Source: Mobula hypostoma
Taxonomy: Eukaryota
Direction of reading: 5' to 3'
DNA length: 64,000 nucleotides
NCBI RefSeq assembly: GCF_963921235.1
Contig: NC_086108.1
Location: forward strand, 77,874,001 to 77,938,000
Every line of letters starts with the position of its first letter. Position 1 is the stretch's first letter. The notes beneath the pieces were generated by a model that was not told where the DNA came from, made no database searches, and was given only the letters and a program-made list of their open reading frames with translations. Both the position numbers and the translations under genes were made by a program. Below are positions 1 through 13,278 of this stretch, piece after piece.

Positions 1-6
1 ACGCAC

Positions 7-31
7 ATATATATATATATGGTTTACCACA
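7..31 (-). mobile_element. Terminus of an LTR of the same Gypsy family as 17878-18106, cut by the window edge
   Basis: atatatatggtttaccaca matches the LTR start at about 18088-18106 (minus strand TGTGGTAAACCATATAT). Confidence 0.65.
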
Positions 32-944
32 ATGTGAAATGTGCCAACTGTTGCTGCCCTCCAGCATTATTCTGGTTACTCAGAGATGCAGTAGTTGAGA
101 TGTTCACCTCACCCTGCCCCTCTCCTTTCAGCCATGTGACAATGCTAAGCTATAGGGCAGGAATTATAGAACAGTTGTGAAGCATCTTTCTCACAGAAAA
201 CTCCTGTAACATTGCACTTGCCTCAGCAACAATCAAGCAGAGAACAGGTTCAGTGCTGATCCATCTCTTTTTTCCTGACAATAATAATTTCCTGAAGTTT
301 TTATTCTGCCCGACCTTTAACATTCATCTTTTATATCCTTTCAGAGTCAACAATCTTCCTTCTGTTCTCGCACTACTAACTCTGGAGAGCTCTGAGAACA
401 TCTCCTTGGATTTCTCCTGTTGTTTGTGTCCATGCCATTCCTCAATATCATTTGTCCAAAGGCAAGTGGCTAATTCCAGCCTTTGTTGACATCACCCATC
501 TGTCTCCTAATGCCATCTCTCCTGAACCATCAGCATCTCTTTCCTTAGTATCCCTGGTTGATGCCAGCCTCAAGTAAACCATTTCAACATCATGAGGACC
601 TAGGCAACAGTCTTCATTCCCTGTTGCAAACTCCATTCCCTCATTGTCATTTACATTATTCACCTGCAGCAGCTAAGTTGCTAACACCTTAGAGAAAGAA
701 GTACCGATATCCTTAAGCAGGAACGTAAACTGTAACATTGACTTGCAGCACTTTCAGAATTCAGCCATGTGAATAACTTCGTTCTGTTGTTTAGAGCAAA
801 GAATTCCAGCGGACCAGTCTGCCTCTGCAAGGAAGCTGTCTGCCTTTGTAGAGGTATGTATGTAGTAGACAGATAGCCTCTGTGGCTAAATTCAGTTGTT
901 CACAAAGTACCTTATTGGTGCCCTTTGTGATTTCCGTGCTCTCC

Positions 945-1795
945 GGTCTTGCACGGATTGTGAGGACTGCTGAGAGAATCATTAGGGTCTCTCTACCTCC
1001 TTTTCTCTATCCTGGACATACACCCGAAGTGCTGCATTCACAGAGGCCTCAGCATTGTCAACGACCTCTCCCATCCATCCTACAATTGTTTTGACCCCCA
1101 ACTGTCAGGCAGAAGGTACCACACAACACAGTATAAAAACAAGTATAAGAATAAGAACAAGCGATTAGGCTATGTAACAGCTTTTTCCCCCAGACTGTAA
1201 GATTTCTGAACACCCCGTTACCACCCAATACACATTTACAACAGCACCAGTCACATTACACTGTTTTATATATAACTCTATGTTATATATGCATTTTATG
1301 TCAACTTGTACATCTACATATAGGCATCCGTTAGTCTCATGAGACCATGGATTTGCACCTTGGAAGGTTTCCAGGGTGCAGGCTTCGGCAAGGTTGTATG
1401 GAAGACCAGCAGTTGCCCATGCTGCAAGTCTCCCCTCTCCACGCTACTGATGTTGTCCAAGGGAAGGGCATTAGAACCCATACAGCTTGCAGCGGTGTTG
1501 TCGCAGAGCAGTGTGTGGTTAAGTGCCTTGCTCAAGGACACACACGCTGCCTCAGCCAAGGCTCAAACTAGCAACCTTCAAATCACTAGACGAACGCCTT
1601 AACCACTTGGTCATACACCAGCACATCTACATAATACCTTTATTATCTGTTAATATTATTATGTTAATATATTTTTATGTACTATATAATATATATATTC
1701 TGTATTTTGCTCCTTGGTCTCAGAGGAATGTTGTTTTATTTAGCAGTATACACGTGTACAGTAGAATGACAATAAACTTGAACTTGGTTCTTTGA
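945..1795 (+). mobile_element. Rex1/Babar-type LINE 3' remnant, interrupted by a SINE
   Basis: RIVRTAERII-like RT C-terminus; 3' tail 'atgacaataaacttgaacttg'. Confidence 0.55.
1321..1622 (-). mobile_element. tRNA-derived CORE-type SINE
   Basis: Minus-strand box A (TGACCAAGTGGTTAAGGC) and box B-like head; CORE-like gtccttgagcaaggcacttaacc; 11-bp TSD acatctacata (1310-1320/1623-1633); homologous to 45633-45947. Confidence 0.85.
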
Positions 1796-1887
1796 TTTCA
1801 TTCCAACCAAGAATTGTTATTATAACTAAGTACACTTCCTTAGCACTTATCAACATCACAATCTTGCCCACGTGTTTCCCTGGTTTG

Positions 1888-1892
<5 letters not shown>

Positions 1893-1946
<54 letters not shown>
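1893..1946 (+). repeat. (TC)n microsatellite
   Basis: Direct read. Confidence 0.98.
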
Positions 1947-1948
<2 letters not shown>

Positions 1949-1993
1949 CCTCGCTCCCTCATTCCCTCACTCACCCACTCCCCGCTTCTGCAG

Positions 1994-2915
1994 ACCATAA
2001 GACATAGGAGCAGAATTAGGCCATTCAGCCCATCAAGTCTGCACCACCATTCCATCATGGCTGATTTACTCTGCCTTTCAACCCCATTCTCCTGCCTTTT
2101 CCCTGTAAGCTTTGACACCCTTACTAATCAAGAATATATCAACCTCCAGTTTTAAATATACCCCCCACAACCATGTGCAGCAATGAATTCCACAGATTCA
2201 CCACCCTCTGACTAAAGAAACTCCCTCCTCATATCTGTTCTAAAGAGACATTCTTGTATCCTGAGGCTGTGCACTTATACTCCCTTACTATAGGAAAAGT
2301 CTTTTCCATATTTTTAAATATTTGATAGGTTTCAATGAATTGCTCCCATTCTTCTAAACTCTAGCAAGTACAGGCCTAGAACCATCAAATGCCCCTCATA
2401 CATTAACCTTTTCATTCACTGGATCATCCTCATGAACCTTCTCTGGACCCTCTGCAATACCAACACATCCTTTCTTATAAAAGGAGTCCAATACTGCTCA
2501 CAATACTCCATGTGGTCTGACCAATGCATTAAGCCACAGCTTTATATCCTTACTTTTATATTCTAGTCCTCTTGAAATGAAGGTTAACATTGCATTTGCC
2601 TTCCTTCCAACCAACTTAACTTCCAAGTTAACCATTAAAGAATCCAGCACGAGACCTCCCAAGTCCCTCTTTCTGTTCTGATTTCTGAATTTATTCCCCG
2701 ATTAGAAAATAATTTATGCCTTTATTCTTTCTCCCAAAGTGCAAGACCACACACTTCCCTTCATCTGCCACTTCTTTGCACATTCTCCTAGTCTGTCTAA
2801 GTCCTTCTGCAGACTCCCTGTTTCTTCAACACTACCTGGCCCTCCACCTATCTTCTCATCGTCAGCAAACTTGGCCACAAAGCCATCGATTCCATCATCC
2901 AAATCACTGACATAC
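1994..2915 (-). mobile_element. CR1 LINE 3' fragment
   Basis: KFADDEKIGG...LQKDLDRL RT motif; CR1 3' UTR shared with other copies. Confidence 0.9.
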
Positions 2916-3314
2916 ACTCAATGGTCAGTTTATTAGTATACCAGTACACCTGTTCGTTAATGCAAATATCTAATCAGCCAAAGACAAGGCAGCAATTCAA
3001 CGCATAAAGGCATGTAGAGATGGTCAAGAGGTTCAGTTGTTGTTCAGATCAAACATCATAATGGGGAAGAATTGTGATCTAAGTGACTTTGACCATGGAA
3101 GATTGTTGGTGCCAGATGGGTTGGTTTGAATATCTTATAAAATGCTGATCTCCTGGGATTCTCCTGCACAACATTCTCCAGAACAGGTTCCCAAACCTTT
3201 TTTGGGTTATCACTCCCATCGTCCCCAGACCACATCTCCAGTGTTTCCCTCTCCTTTTCTGGCCATTACATAGAAACTATAAAGCATTTTGTTTTATGAT
3301 ACACATTGAAAGAA

Positions 3315-4735
3315 AATGTCACTCCACTCATTAAGAGAGGAGAAAGACAATAGAGAGGAAATTATAGGCCATTTAGCCTAACTTCAATGGTTGGAGAAGT
3401 GTTGAAGTCCATTATTAAGGACAAGGTTTTGGGGTACTTGGAGACTCATGATGAAAGAAGTCAAAGTCAGCATGGTTTCGGTAAAGGGAGATCTTGCCTG
3501 TCAAATCTGTTAGAGTTCTTTGAGGAAGTAACAAGCAGGGTGGACAAAGGAGAAGCGGTGGATGTCATTTACTTAGATTTCAGAAGGCATTTAATAAGGT
3601 GTCTCACATGAGTGCTCAACAAGATAAAATCCTATGGAGTTACTGGAAAGATACTGGCATGGATAGAGGAATGGTTGACAGGCAGGAGGCAGCAGTGGAA
3701 ATTAAAGGGGCCTTTTCTGGCTGGCTGCCAGTGACTACTGGCGTTCTTCAGGGGCCAGTATTGGGACTGCTACTTTTCATATTGTTTGTCAATGATTTAG
3801 GTAGTGGAATTGATGGCTTTGTGGCAAAGATTGCAGATGATACAAAGATAGGTGGCAGGGTAGGTATTGCTGAGGAAGCAATATGATTGCAGCAGGACAA
3901 ATTGGAAGAATGTTCAAAAAAGTGGGAAATGAAGTATAGTGCTGAGATACGTATGCTAATGCATTTTGCTAAAAGGAACAATAGTGTGGACTATTATCTA
4001 AATGGGGAGAATATTCAGACATCGGAGATGCAACGGGTCTTAGGAGTCCTCGTGCAAGACTCCCAGAATGTTAATTCACAGGTTGAGTTTCTGGTAAAGA
4101 GGACAAATGCAATGTTGGCATTTATTTAAAGGGGAACAGAATATAAAAACAAGGAGATAATGCTGAAAGCAGTCAGGCCACACTTGGAGTGTTGTCAATA
4201 GCTTTGGGCCCTTCATCTCAGAAAGGATGTATTATCCTTGGAGAGAGTCAGTTGAGGTTCATGAGGATGATTCCGAGAATGAAGCAGTTAATGTATAAGG
4301 AGTGTTTGGCAGCTTTGGGCCTGTACTCACTAGAATTTAGAAGAATGCATGGGGATCTCATTGAAACCTACCAAATGTTGAAAGGACTAGATAAGGTGGA
4401 AGTGTAGAGGGTATTTCCTCTGGTGGGTGTATCCAGAACTAGAGGGTACATCCTCAAAACTGAGGGGTGACCTTTTAGAACAAAGGTAAAGAGGAATTTT
4501 TTTTAGCCGAAGAGTTGTGAATATGTGGAATGCTCTGTCACAAACTGTGGTGAAGGCCAAGTCTGTGGGTATATTCAAAGCAGAAATTGATAGGTTCCTG
4601 ATTAGTTGGGGCATCAAATGAGAGGGCAGGTGTATGTGATTGAATGGGATCCAGGATCAGCCATGATGAAATGGCAGAGTGGACTCTGAACTGACTGGCC
4701 TAATTCCGCTCCTATGTCTTATGGTCTTACAGTCT
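3315..4735 (+). mobile_element. CR1 LINE RT and 3' UTR fragment nested in the Charlie element
   Basis: QHGFGKGRSCLSNLLEFFE, VLQGPVLG, IADDTKIG; multiple stops and frameshifts. Confidence 0.9.
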
Positions 4736-6502
4736 AAAATAGGAACTACAAATTCAAAGCAGTGGCAAATAATTGCAAAAATGATTCAATCCTATATAGG
4801 GCTTAAATAACATTATTTCTTTATTTAATTACAGTAAAAACAATATCATTAACAATTTTAGAGTGTACATTAGTCATCCAATTATTCACTACTTCGTTGC
4901 TTTTTCACCTTTAATAAGATGTTTGGGCTTCATGCAGCAATATCAAGCTTCTCAATATCAGGCTGAATGTCACTCAGAAGGAGACTCAGATCCCCACCTT
5001 TAGTAACTTGCAGTCTGTTTCACTGCTTTGAAAGAAGCTGAGCGAATACACTGAAATTATGCTCCAGTAAATATGATGCTGGAAAGGCAATATGTAACAT
5101 CTTGACCTTTTTCCACAGTGCAGGATAGCGTTCAAAGATTTATTTCTGCAACGAAAACTCTTGATATAATTTCTGAACTTTGGCTTTAACATAAAGTCAT
5201 TTTGTAGCAAGACCAGTTCTACTTCTAGCCTTCCTGTTAATTCTTCATTACAAGCGTTTAGTGAAGATCATGAAATTTCTCTGACATGTCTTTACGCAGC
5301 TCACCCAGGTGGGCACAGTTTCCTTGAACATCATCATCTGGTATTCTTTCTTTCTCTTCCAACCCAGAAAGGCTCAGTAATTAGAAAAGGGTTGTGACAG
5401 CCAATGTTACACTTAAATAGGGTTAATTTGGACAGAAATGTGGATCAAACTGATTTGACTTCGATAAAATTCACATTATTTCATTACAAGTCACATCATT
5501 TCATTAAACTTTGCGAATAATTCTGACAAATAAGTAATGTCATGCGTAATATTTTTGAGTTGATTGCTGAATGAAGCATTTGAGACTTCAAAGAATTTTA
5601 TCGCAGTTTCAGATAGCGCATAGAAGTGTCTCCGTCAGTTTCCTTTTGAGAACCAAAAGACTTCTGTGTGCAACGGCTAGCATGCAAACTGTTCATCATT
5701 CCCAATACAAAGCTTCAAAATAATCTAGAATTGAGAGCATAGGACTTGATTTTATTTTCCGCTGTGGTAAGAGTACTTAATAATGATGGGTGCAGCCCAC
5801 TTGGGTTTTTTGTGACAAGATGTTGTCTGTGAATTACACAGTGAATGGTAGATATGTCAGATGCAGCTTTATTCAGAGAAGTAGTAACTCCATGACAGTG
5901 TCTTATCATTGATGATGCCCCATTTGTTGCAGAAGCAAGAATATTGGAATATTGGTGAGCAGAATGCCAATTTGAAAAGTTCTTAGCCATGCTTCAAACT
6001 TTTATGAAGCAACATAACCAAGAAGCAAAGGGTTGTTGCTTGGCAAAATTGATTCATCCAACTGCAGAGCAAATTCTTTTGTGCTAAGTATGTCGCACAA
6101 TGTGTCTTCCACATTCTCAGACATGTCATCTATTGGTCTTTGTACAGGGTTGATGCTGAGTGGAATCGCTGGTGACTTATGCAAAACCATACTCAGAACC
6201 TCCCTTACTGCTGGCAGAACCAGTTCTTCTCCAATTGTATAGAGCTCTCCAGATTTAGCAATGAGCAATGCAATGTTGTATGAAGCATGCAAACCATTAC
6301 TGTTTTGTTGTGAAGTATTGGCAAACATGTTTTGAAGTGTTTTCCATTTCTGAAAGTTTTCACGAAGTAACTGAAAATAAGCCAAGTTCTTGTTTACCCT
6401 TTCAGAGTGTATTCTCTTCAAATGTTCAAGGAGTTTGGACAATTTAATTGCCTCATTTGAAAAATCTTTTTCACACAGCAGACACATTGGCTACAGTTGG
6501 TT

Positions 6503-6641
6503 CACAAACAAGAGAAAATCTCTAGAGGCTGGAAATCAAAACAATGCACACAAGATGTTAGAGGAACTCAGCAGGCCAGGTAACATCTAGGAAAAAGAGT
6601 AAACAGTCAAGATTTCAGGCCGAGACCCTTCATCAGCACTG
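6503..6641 (-). mobile_element. Short Penelope terminal-repeat fragment with a degenerate hammerhead
   Basis: Homologous to the PLE 3' end at 34860-34998; minus strand CTGATGAagggtctcggcctGAAA. Confidence 0.75.
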
Positions 6642-7699
6642 TTGTTGCTTGGTGTTGGTAGAAATCCATGTTTCAGATACTCCATGCTAAATTGTCTACA
6701 CTTCTTTTGTGTTTGATCTACTTCTGTCATTTTCATTGTGGGTTAGCGATGGTAGTCGATCACCTATTGTTCAAGTCCAACCTCAAGTGCTGCAATCAAT
6801 TAAAGGGAAAGTTTTCACATCATCATAGCTCAGGCAAAACCCGATTCTCTGCCTGGAGGTACATAAAGCGGGGCAGCGATTTCTCAGTTGGGCCTAGGCT
6901 TGAGAAATGCAGTCAAGACCATTTGAAAGGGAAGATTCTGAACTTTATCCCATTGAATGCCATACACTGATTCAAAGGAATTGTGTCATTGCATGGTTAG
7001 AGTTTGGGAATTCTACTAGCTAACACTGTGCTACAATATTGAATGGCAATAATGCATGGAGCCAGCCAGGAAATAACACTTTTTCTTCAAATTAGGTTTT
7101 GCATGATATGCCAAGTGCAAAAGGGTCAGATTGCTTTTCAACAACCATAGTACACTTCCAGCAAACTCTCAGAGAATGGTGGGTTAGCAAGAAATGAGGT
7201 GATTGTGTGATCTTTGTAATCAATTGTGAGGCACTGAGGATCAAATGCTTATAATATGTAATTAATTTCTTAAATTAAGCCTGTAATCCCTCAGCTGCCC
7301 CCCTTACTGCCAAGCACACCCCCACCACCCCCTTTATCTCTCACAGACCCTAGGTGACGATATCGCCCACTTTGGGAACCACTGGTCTCCAGTTCACAGA
7401 GAACGGTGCAAAAAACAAAAAAAAAAATCCAGTAAGTAGCAGTTCTATAGGCAAAAATGCTTAGTTAATGAGAGAGATCAGTGGAGACTAGCCAGACTGG
7501 TTCAAGCTGACAGGAAGGCGACAGTAACTCAACTAACTACACTTTACAAGAGTGATGGGCATCTCTGAATGCACAACACGTTGAACCTTTAAGTGGATCG
7601 GTGACAGCAGTAGAAAGCCATGAGCATACTCTCAGTGGCCATTTTACTAGATACAAAAGGAAGACCACTATTCATTGCAGACAGCCAGAAAAGACCTCC

Positions 7700-8365
7700 C
7701 CCCCCCTTATTCTTTTCAATCACTATTGCCCAGTAGAACTCACACCTACCATGATGAAATGCTTTGTGAAATTGGTCATGGCCATCTCCTTCTGATCCTC
7801 TCCAGCTAGGGAGGTGTTATGGACATTAACATCTCCCCATCTCTGCATTGCCTATTTTTGTCCCCTTCCCCCTCCTACCTCCATCAACATCTTATCCACA
7901 CAGTTCACCCACTATGTCTCCCCCTTCACCACCCCTTCCATTCACATAGACACATGAAATCCCAGTTCCAACTGTCTTTCACCTCTCCCCTAATGGCTTC
8001 CATTATTACCTTCCTTCCTGGTCAGATTCTAGCACAACTAGCATTTGTATTCCATCTTATCATCCTCTAGCAGTTCTCTCTGCTTTGAAACTCTCCTCCT
8101 CTTTGATGATAGACCAAATATCCTCATACTCCTAATGAAGTATAGTTGCCTGCATGCCTGCTTCATGATTGCATTAATATATTGGGCCCAGAATGGATCC
8201 TCTCAGATGTTGATGTCAAGGAACTTGAAGTCACTCACCTTTTCCACCACTAACCTCTCAATGAGGATTGGTCTGTATTCTCCCAACTTCCCCTTCCTGA
8301 AGTCCACAATGAATTCCTAGGTCTTACTGGCGTTGAGTGCAAGTTTGTTGTTGACATCACTTAAG
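7700..8365. mobile_element. Rex/Babar LINE fragments in both orientations
   Basis: NHYCPVELTPTMMKCFVKLV (RT N-terminal motif); 8075-8365 resembles 52500-52760. Confidence 0.55.
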
Positions 8366-8376
8366 CAGCCAATCTA

Positions 8377-8545
8377 CAGTGCCTATATAAAGTATTCACT
8401 TGCCCCCTTGAAAATTTTCATGTTTTATTGTTTTACAACATTAAATCTCAGTGGATTTAATTTGGCTTTTTTGACACCGATCAACAGAAAAAGACTCTTT
8501 TGTGTCAAAGTGAAAAACAGATATCTACAAAGTGATCTAAATTAA
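8377..8545 (+). mobile_element. Tc1-like left end fragment
   Basis: TA then cagtgcctatataagtattcac..cccccttg, a Tc1-type TIR start. Confidence 0.5.
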
Positions 8546-10910
8546 TCAATTGGGAAAATCCAGTAGGAAATGGATCTCAAGAGAGTGAGTTTTATGTGTG
8601 CCTACAACTGGGCAATTAGGGAGATTAAGGTAAGGGAACCTTTAGGAGGCAGTGATCACAATGTGATTGAGTTCAACATGAAAATTGATAGGGAGAAAGT
8701 AAAATCTGACATAGCAGTATTTCAGTGGAGTAAAGGAAATTACAGTGCTATGAGAGAGGAGTTGGCCAAAGTAAATTGGAAGGAGATGCTGGCAGGGATG
8801 ACAGCAGAGCAGCAATGGTGTGAGCGTCTGCGGAAAATGAGGAAGGTGCTGAATAGATGTATTCCAAAAACAAAGAAATAAGTAATCAAATGGAAAATAG
8901 TACAACTGTGGCTGACAAAGGAAGTCAAAGCTAATGTAAAGGTAAAAGAGAGGGCATACAACAAAGCAAAAATTAGCAGGAAGATAGAGGATTGGGAAGC
9001 TTTTACAAACCTCCAGAAAGCAACTAAAAGAATGATTAGGAGGAAAGGATGATATAAGAAAGCAAGCTAGTAAACAATATCATGGTGGATAGAAAAAGCT
9101 TTTTCAATTATATGAAAAATAAGAGAGATTAGAGTGGACATAGGACTGCTAGAAAATGAGGCCGAAGAAATAATAATTGGGGACCAGGAGGTGGCAGATA
9201 AACTAAATAAGCATTTTGCATCAGTCTTCACTGAGGAAGACACAAGCAGTGTGCTAGATGTTGAAGGGTGTGAGGGAGGAGAAGTGATGCAGTTACTATT
9301 ACAAGGGAGAAGGTGCTCAAAAAGCTGAAAGACCTAAAGGTGCATAAGTCATCCGGACCAGGTGACCTGTACCCTAGGGTTCTGAAAGAAGTCACAGAAG
9401 GGATCCTTCTAAAATCATTGGACTCTGGCATGGTTCTGAAGGACTGGGAAATTGCAAATGTCAGTCCACTCTTTAAGAAAAGATGGAGGCAGCAGAAAGC
9501 AAACTATAGACTAGTTTGCCTGACCTCAGTGGTTGGGAAGATGTTGGAGTCAATTGTCAAGGATGAGGTTATGGAGAACTTGGTGACACAAGACAAAATA
9601 GGACGAAGTCTGCATGGTTTTCTTAAGGGAAAATCTTGTCTAACGAACCTGTTGGAATTCTTTGAAAAGAGTACAATTAAGATAGGTAAATGGGCTGCAA
9701 TGTATGTTGTATATTTGGATTTTCAGAATGCCTTTGACAAGGTGCCACGCATGAGGCTGCTTACCAAGTTAAGAGTCCATGGTATTACAGGATAGTTATT
9801 AACATGGTTAGAGCATTGGTTGATTGGTAGGAGGCAGTGAAAGGATCCTTTTCTGGTTGGCTGCCAGTTACTAGTAGTGTTCCACAGGGGTTGGTGTTGG
9901 GATCACTTCTTTTTATGCTGTATATCAATGGTTTATATGATGGAATAGATGGCTTTGTTGTCAAGTTTGCAGAAGATACAAAGATTGGTGGAGGGGCAGG
10001 TCACGCTGAGGAAATAGGTAGGCTGCAGAAGGACTTGGACAGATTAGGAGAATGGGTAAGGAAAGAGGCAAATGAAATACAATGTTGCTTATGCACATTG
10101 GTAGAAAAAACAAATGCACCGACTATTTCCTAAACGGGGAGAAAATTCAAAAATATGAGATGCAAGTGAACTTGGGATTCCTTCTGCAGAACACCCTAAA
10201 GGTTAACTTTTACTTTGAGCTGGTGGTGAGGAAGAAAAATGCAATGTTAGCATTCGTTTCAAGAGATATAAAATACAAGAGCAGGGGTGTATGTGATGCT
10301 GAGGCTTTATAAGGCACTGGTGAGGCCTCACCCTAAGTATTGTGCCCCTTATCTAAGAAAAGATGTGCTGGCATTAGCGAGTGTTCAGAGGAGGATGAAG
10401 GGGGATCTCATTCAAACCTTTCAAATGTTGAAAGGCCTAGACAGAGTAGATGTGGAATGGATGTTTCCCATGGTGGGGGAAGTCTAGTACAAGAGAGCAC
10501 AGCCTCAGGATACAGGGGTATCCATTTAAAACAGAGATACAGAGAAATTGCTTTAGCCAGAGGTTGGTGAATTTGTGGACATTGTAACCACAGGCAACTG
10601 CGGAGGCCAGGTCGTTGAGTGTATTTAAGGCAAAGATTGATAGGTTCTTGATCGGCCATGGCAAAAAAGGTTACAGGGAAAAGTCGGGGAGTGGAATTGA
10701 AGAGGGTGAAGAAAGGATCAGCCATGATTGAATGGACTTAATGGCCTAGTTTAGTGTAGTTTTGTGTTGTTTCATGTGGCACCATGGTCCTGGAGGAACA
10801 TTGTTTCTTTTTTACTGTGTACTGTACCAGCAGTTTATGGTCGAAATGACAATAAAAAGTGACTTGACTTGACTATTTCTGCTCCTATGTCTTATGATCT
10901 TATGGTCTAA
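8546..10910 (+). mobile_element. CR1 LINE (end of EN, RT, 3' UTR), decayed, with a small Rex-type tail inserted at about 10750-10873
   Basis: LGGSDHNVI, PGPGDLYPRVLKE, HGFLKGKSCLTNL, VPQGLVLG, KFAEDTK. Confidence 0.9.
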
Positions 10911-10919
10911 ATTACAGGG

Positions 10920-12410
10920 GCCCCAGAAGAGATATTAAAATTATCCTTAGCGACAGGTGAAGTACCGAAGGATTGCAGGATAGCTAATGTTCTTCCGCTG
11001 TTTAAGAAAGGCTCAAAAAATAAACCAGAAAATTCTTGGCCAGTGAGCCTAACATCAGTAGTGGGAAAGTTATTGAAGGTATTCTAAGGGACTGGATATA
11101 CGAGTATTTTGATAGATATGGGCTAATTAGGGATAGTCAGCAAGGCTTTGTACATGGTAGGTCATGTCTAACCAATCTTAGAGAGTTTTTTGAGGAAGTC
11201 ACCAGGAAAGTGGATGAAGGTAAGGCAGTGGATGAGTCTAAATGGACTTTAGTAAGGCATTTGGCAAAGTCCCAGATGGAGGGTTTGTCAAGAAGGTTCA
11301 AATGCTTGGCATTGAAGATGAGATAGTAAATTGGATTAGACAATGGCTTTGTTGATGAAGACAGAGAGTGGTTGTAGATAGTTGCCTCTCTGACTGGAGG
11401 CCTGTGACTAGTTGGGTGCCACAGGGATCGGTGCTAGGTCCGCGGTTGTATGTCATCTATATGACCTGGTTGATAATGTGGTTAACTGGATCAGTAAATT
11501 TGCAGATGACACCAAGATTTAGGGATGTGGTGAAAAGCGAGGAAGGCTATCAGAGCTTGCAGCAGGATCTGGACCAGCTGGAAAAATGGGCTGAAAAATG
11601 GCAGATTGAACTTAATGCATAAAAGTGCAAGGTGTTGCACTTCAGTATGACCAACCAAGGTAGGTCTTACACATTGAGTGGCACTGAGGAGTGTGGTAGG
11701 ACAAAAGGGTCTGGGAATACAGGTTCATAATTCAGCGAAAGAGGCATCACAGGTAGATAAGGTTGTAAAGAAATATTTCAGCACCTTAGCTTTCATAAAT
11801 CAAAGTACTGCGTACAGGAGATGGGATATTATGTTGTCGTATTAGACATTGGTGAGGCTTAATTTGGAGTATTGTGTACAGTTTTGGTCATCTACCTACA
11901 GGACAGATGTAAATAAGGTTGAAAGAGTGCAGAGAAAATTTACAAGGATGTTGCCAAGACTGGAGGAGCTGAGTTAGAAAGAGAGATTGAATAAGTTATG
12001 ACTTTATTCCTTGGAACATAGAAGATTAAGGGGAGATTTCACAGAGGTGTACAAAATTATGAGGAGTGTAGATAGGTTAAATGCAAGTAGGCTTTTTCCA
12101 CTGAGTTTGGGTGTGACTGCAACTAAAGGTCATGGGTTAAGGGGAAAAGGTGAAAAGTTTAAGGGGATCATGATGGGAAACATCTTCACTCAGAGGTCAT
12201 GAGAGTGTGGAATGAGCTGCCAGTGCAAGTGGTGCATACGAGCTCAATTTCAATGTTTAAGAGCAGTTTGGATTGGTACATGGATGGCAGGGTTATGGAC
12301 GGCTATGGTCCGGGTGCAAGTTGATGGGAATAGGCAGTTTAAATGGTTTGGCATGGATTCGATGAGCCGGAGGGTCTGTTTCTGTGCTGTACTTTTCTGT
12401 GACTCTATAG
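10920..12410 (+). mobile_element. CR1 LINE of a second subfamily, RT and 3' UTR
   Basis: QQGFVHGRSCLTNL, VPQGSVLGP, RRLRGDF; different 3' UTR. Confidence 0.9.
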
Positions 12411-13278
12411 AATACTAGTATTTGCAAAGTTTCCATTTCAGGCAGCTAAAATTAACAACAATCTAACAATCTCTGAGTGCATGTAATTTATGTTGTGTCA
12501 TATTAAAGAGAAACTTTTCACTTACTGACTGCAAATGTAAACTACTCAATCTCATTTTATCTTAGACTGATTCATAACAATGACTGGTCGCACATCAGGT
12601 TGGACTGGGTAAGAATCCAGAAATGAAAGGAAAAGGTTTCTAATACAGCAGAAGGAAATGTGTTCGTCAGTCAGTGGTTTTGTAAGATTGCAGTTGAGTC
12701 TTTCAGCCACAGTATGGCACAATGCAGTCATGAGGTAACTAGGAAGGTGTCAGGGCTTTGTTGTCATTGCCAGGGACGACGAGACTGCAGTGCTGCTACA
12801 GTCAGCGCAAAACAGCACACTGGTAATTCAATTATTAAAAACACTGATTAAATTTAAAGTAACATCTGAGTTATTTAGAGTGACATCTAAGTTACTGCTG
12901 AACTAAAAACAAACAACTCTAAAATGGAGCATTGCTCAGTTGCATGACAGCCCAGGGGAAAGAGATACTTTTTCAGTCTGGATGTCCATGCAGGGAAGTT
13001 TCTGGATCGCCTGCTGTAAGAGACTAGACAGATGATTATTGGTGTGGGATGAATCCATTACGATTTTGAGAGCCCACCATAGACATTGTAATTTGTAGAA
13101 GGTTTCTATATCTGGTCGTTGTGTCCCAATGATGTTCAGTGTAGTCCTGTCATTTGCCTGAAGTGCTTTTTGGTCAAACTTGTTGCAGACTGTGTTACCA
13201 TAATGTTATGCAGTAGATCAGTATGCTCTCAATTACACATCGATGAAGGTACACATCTGCACTTTTTGGGGCAGATTA

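Larger units (their letters stand above)
3183..7384 (-). mobile_element. hAT Charlie/Buster-type DNA transposon with decayed transposase
   Basis: TIRs caggttcccaaa / tttgggaaccactg; fragments MCLLCEKDFSNEAIKLSKLLEHL, FALQLDES and HCVIHRQHL (Buster/ZBED5/SCAND3-like); TSD degenerate. Confidence 0.85.
2913..7655 (+). mobile_element. Non-autonomous Tc1-derived element split by a hAT insertion (parts about 2913-3182 and 7385-7655)
   Basis: The two parts join into a sequence colinear with the uninterrupted copy at 37000-37531. Confidence 0.75.

Noticed and set aside
1792..2118. ORFs with SLSL or ERER runs
   Set aside because: They are translations of the (TC)n microsatellite.
5715..6487. ZBED5/SCAND3-like domesticated gene
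   Set aside because: It has stops and frameshifts and sits inside a TIR-bounded Charlie element.
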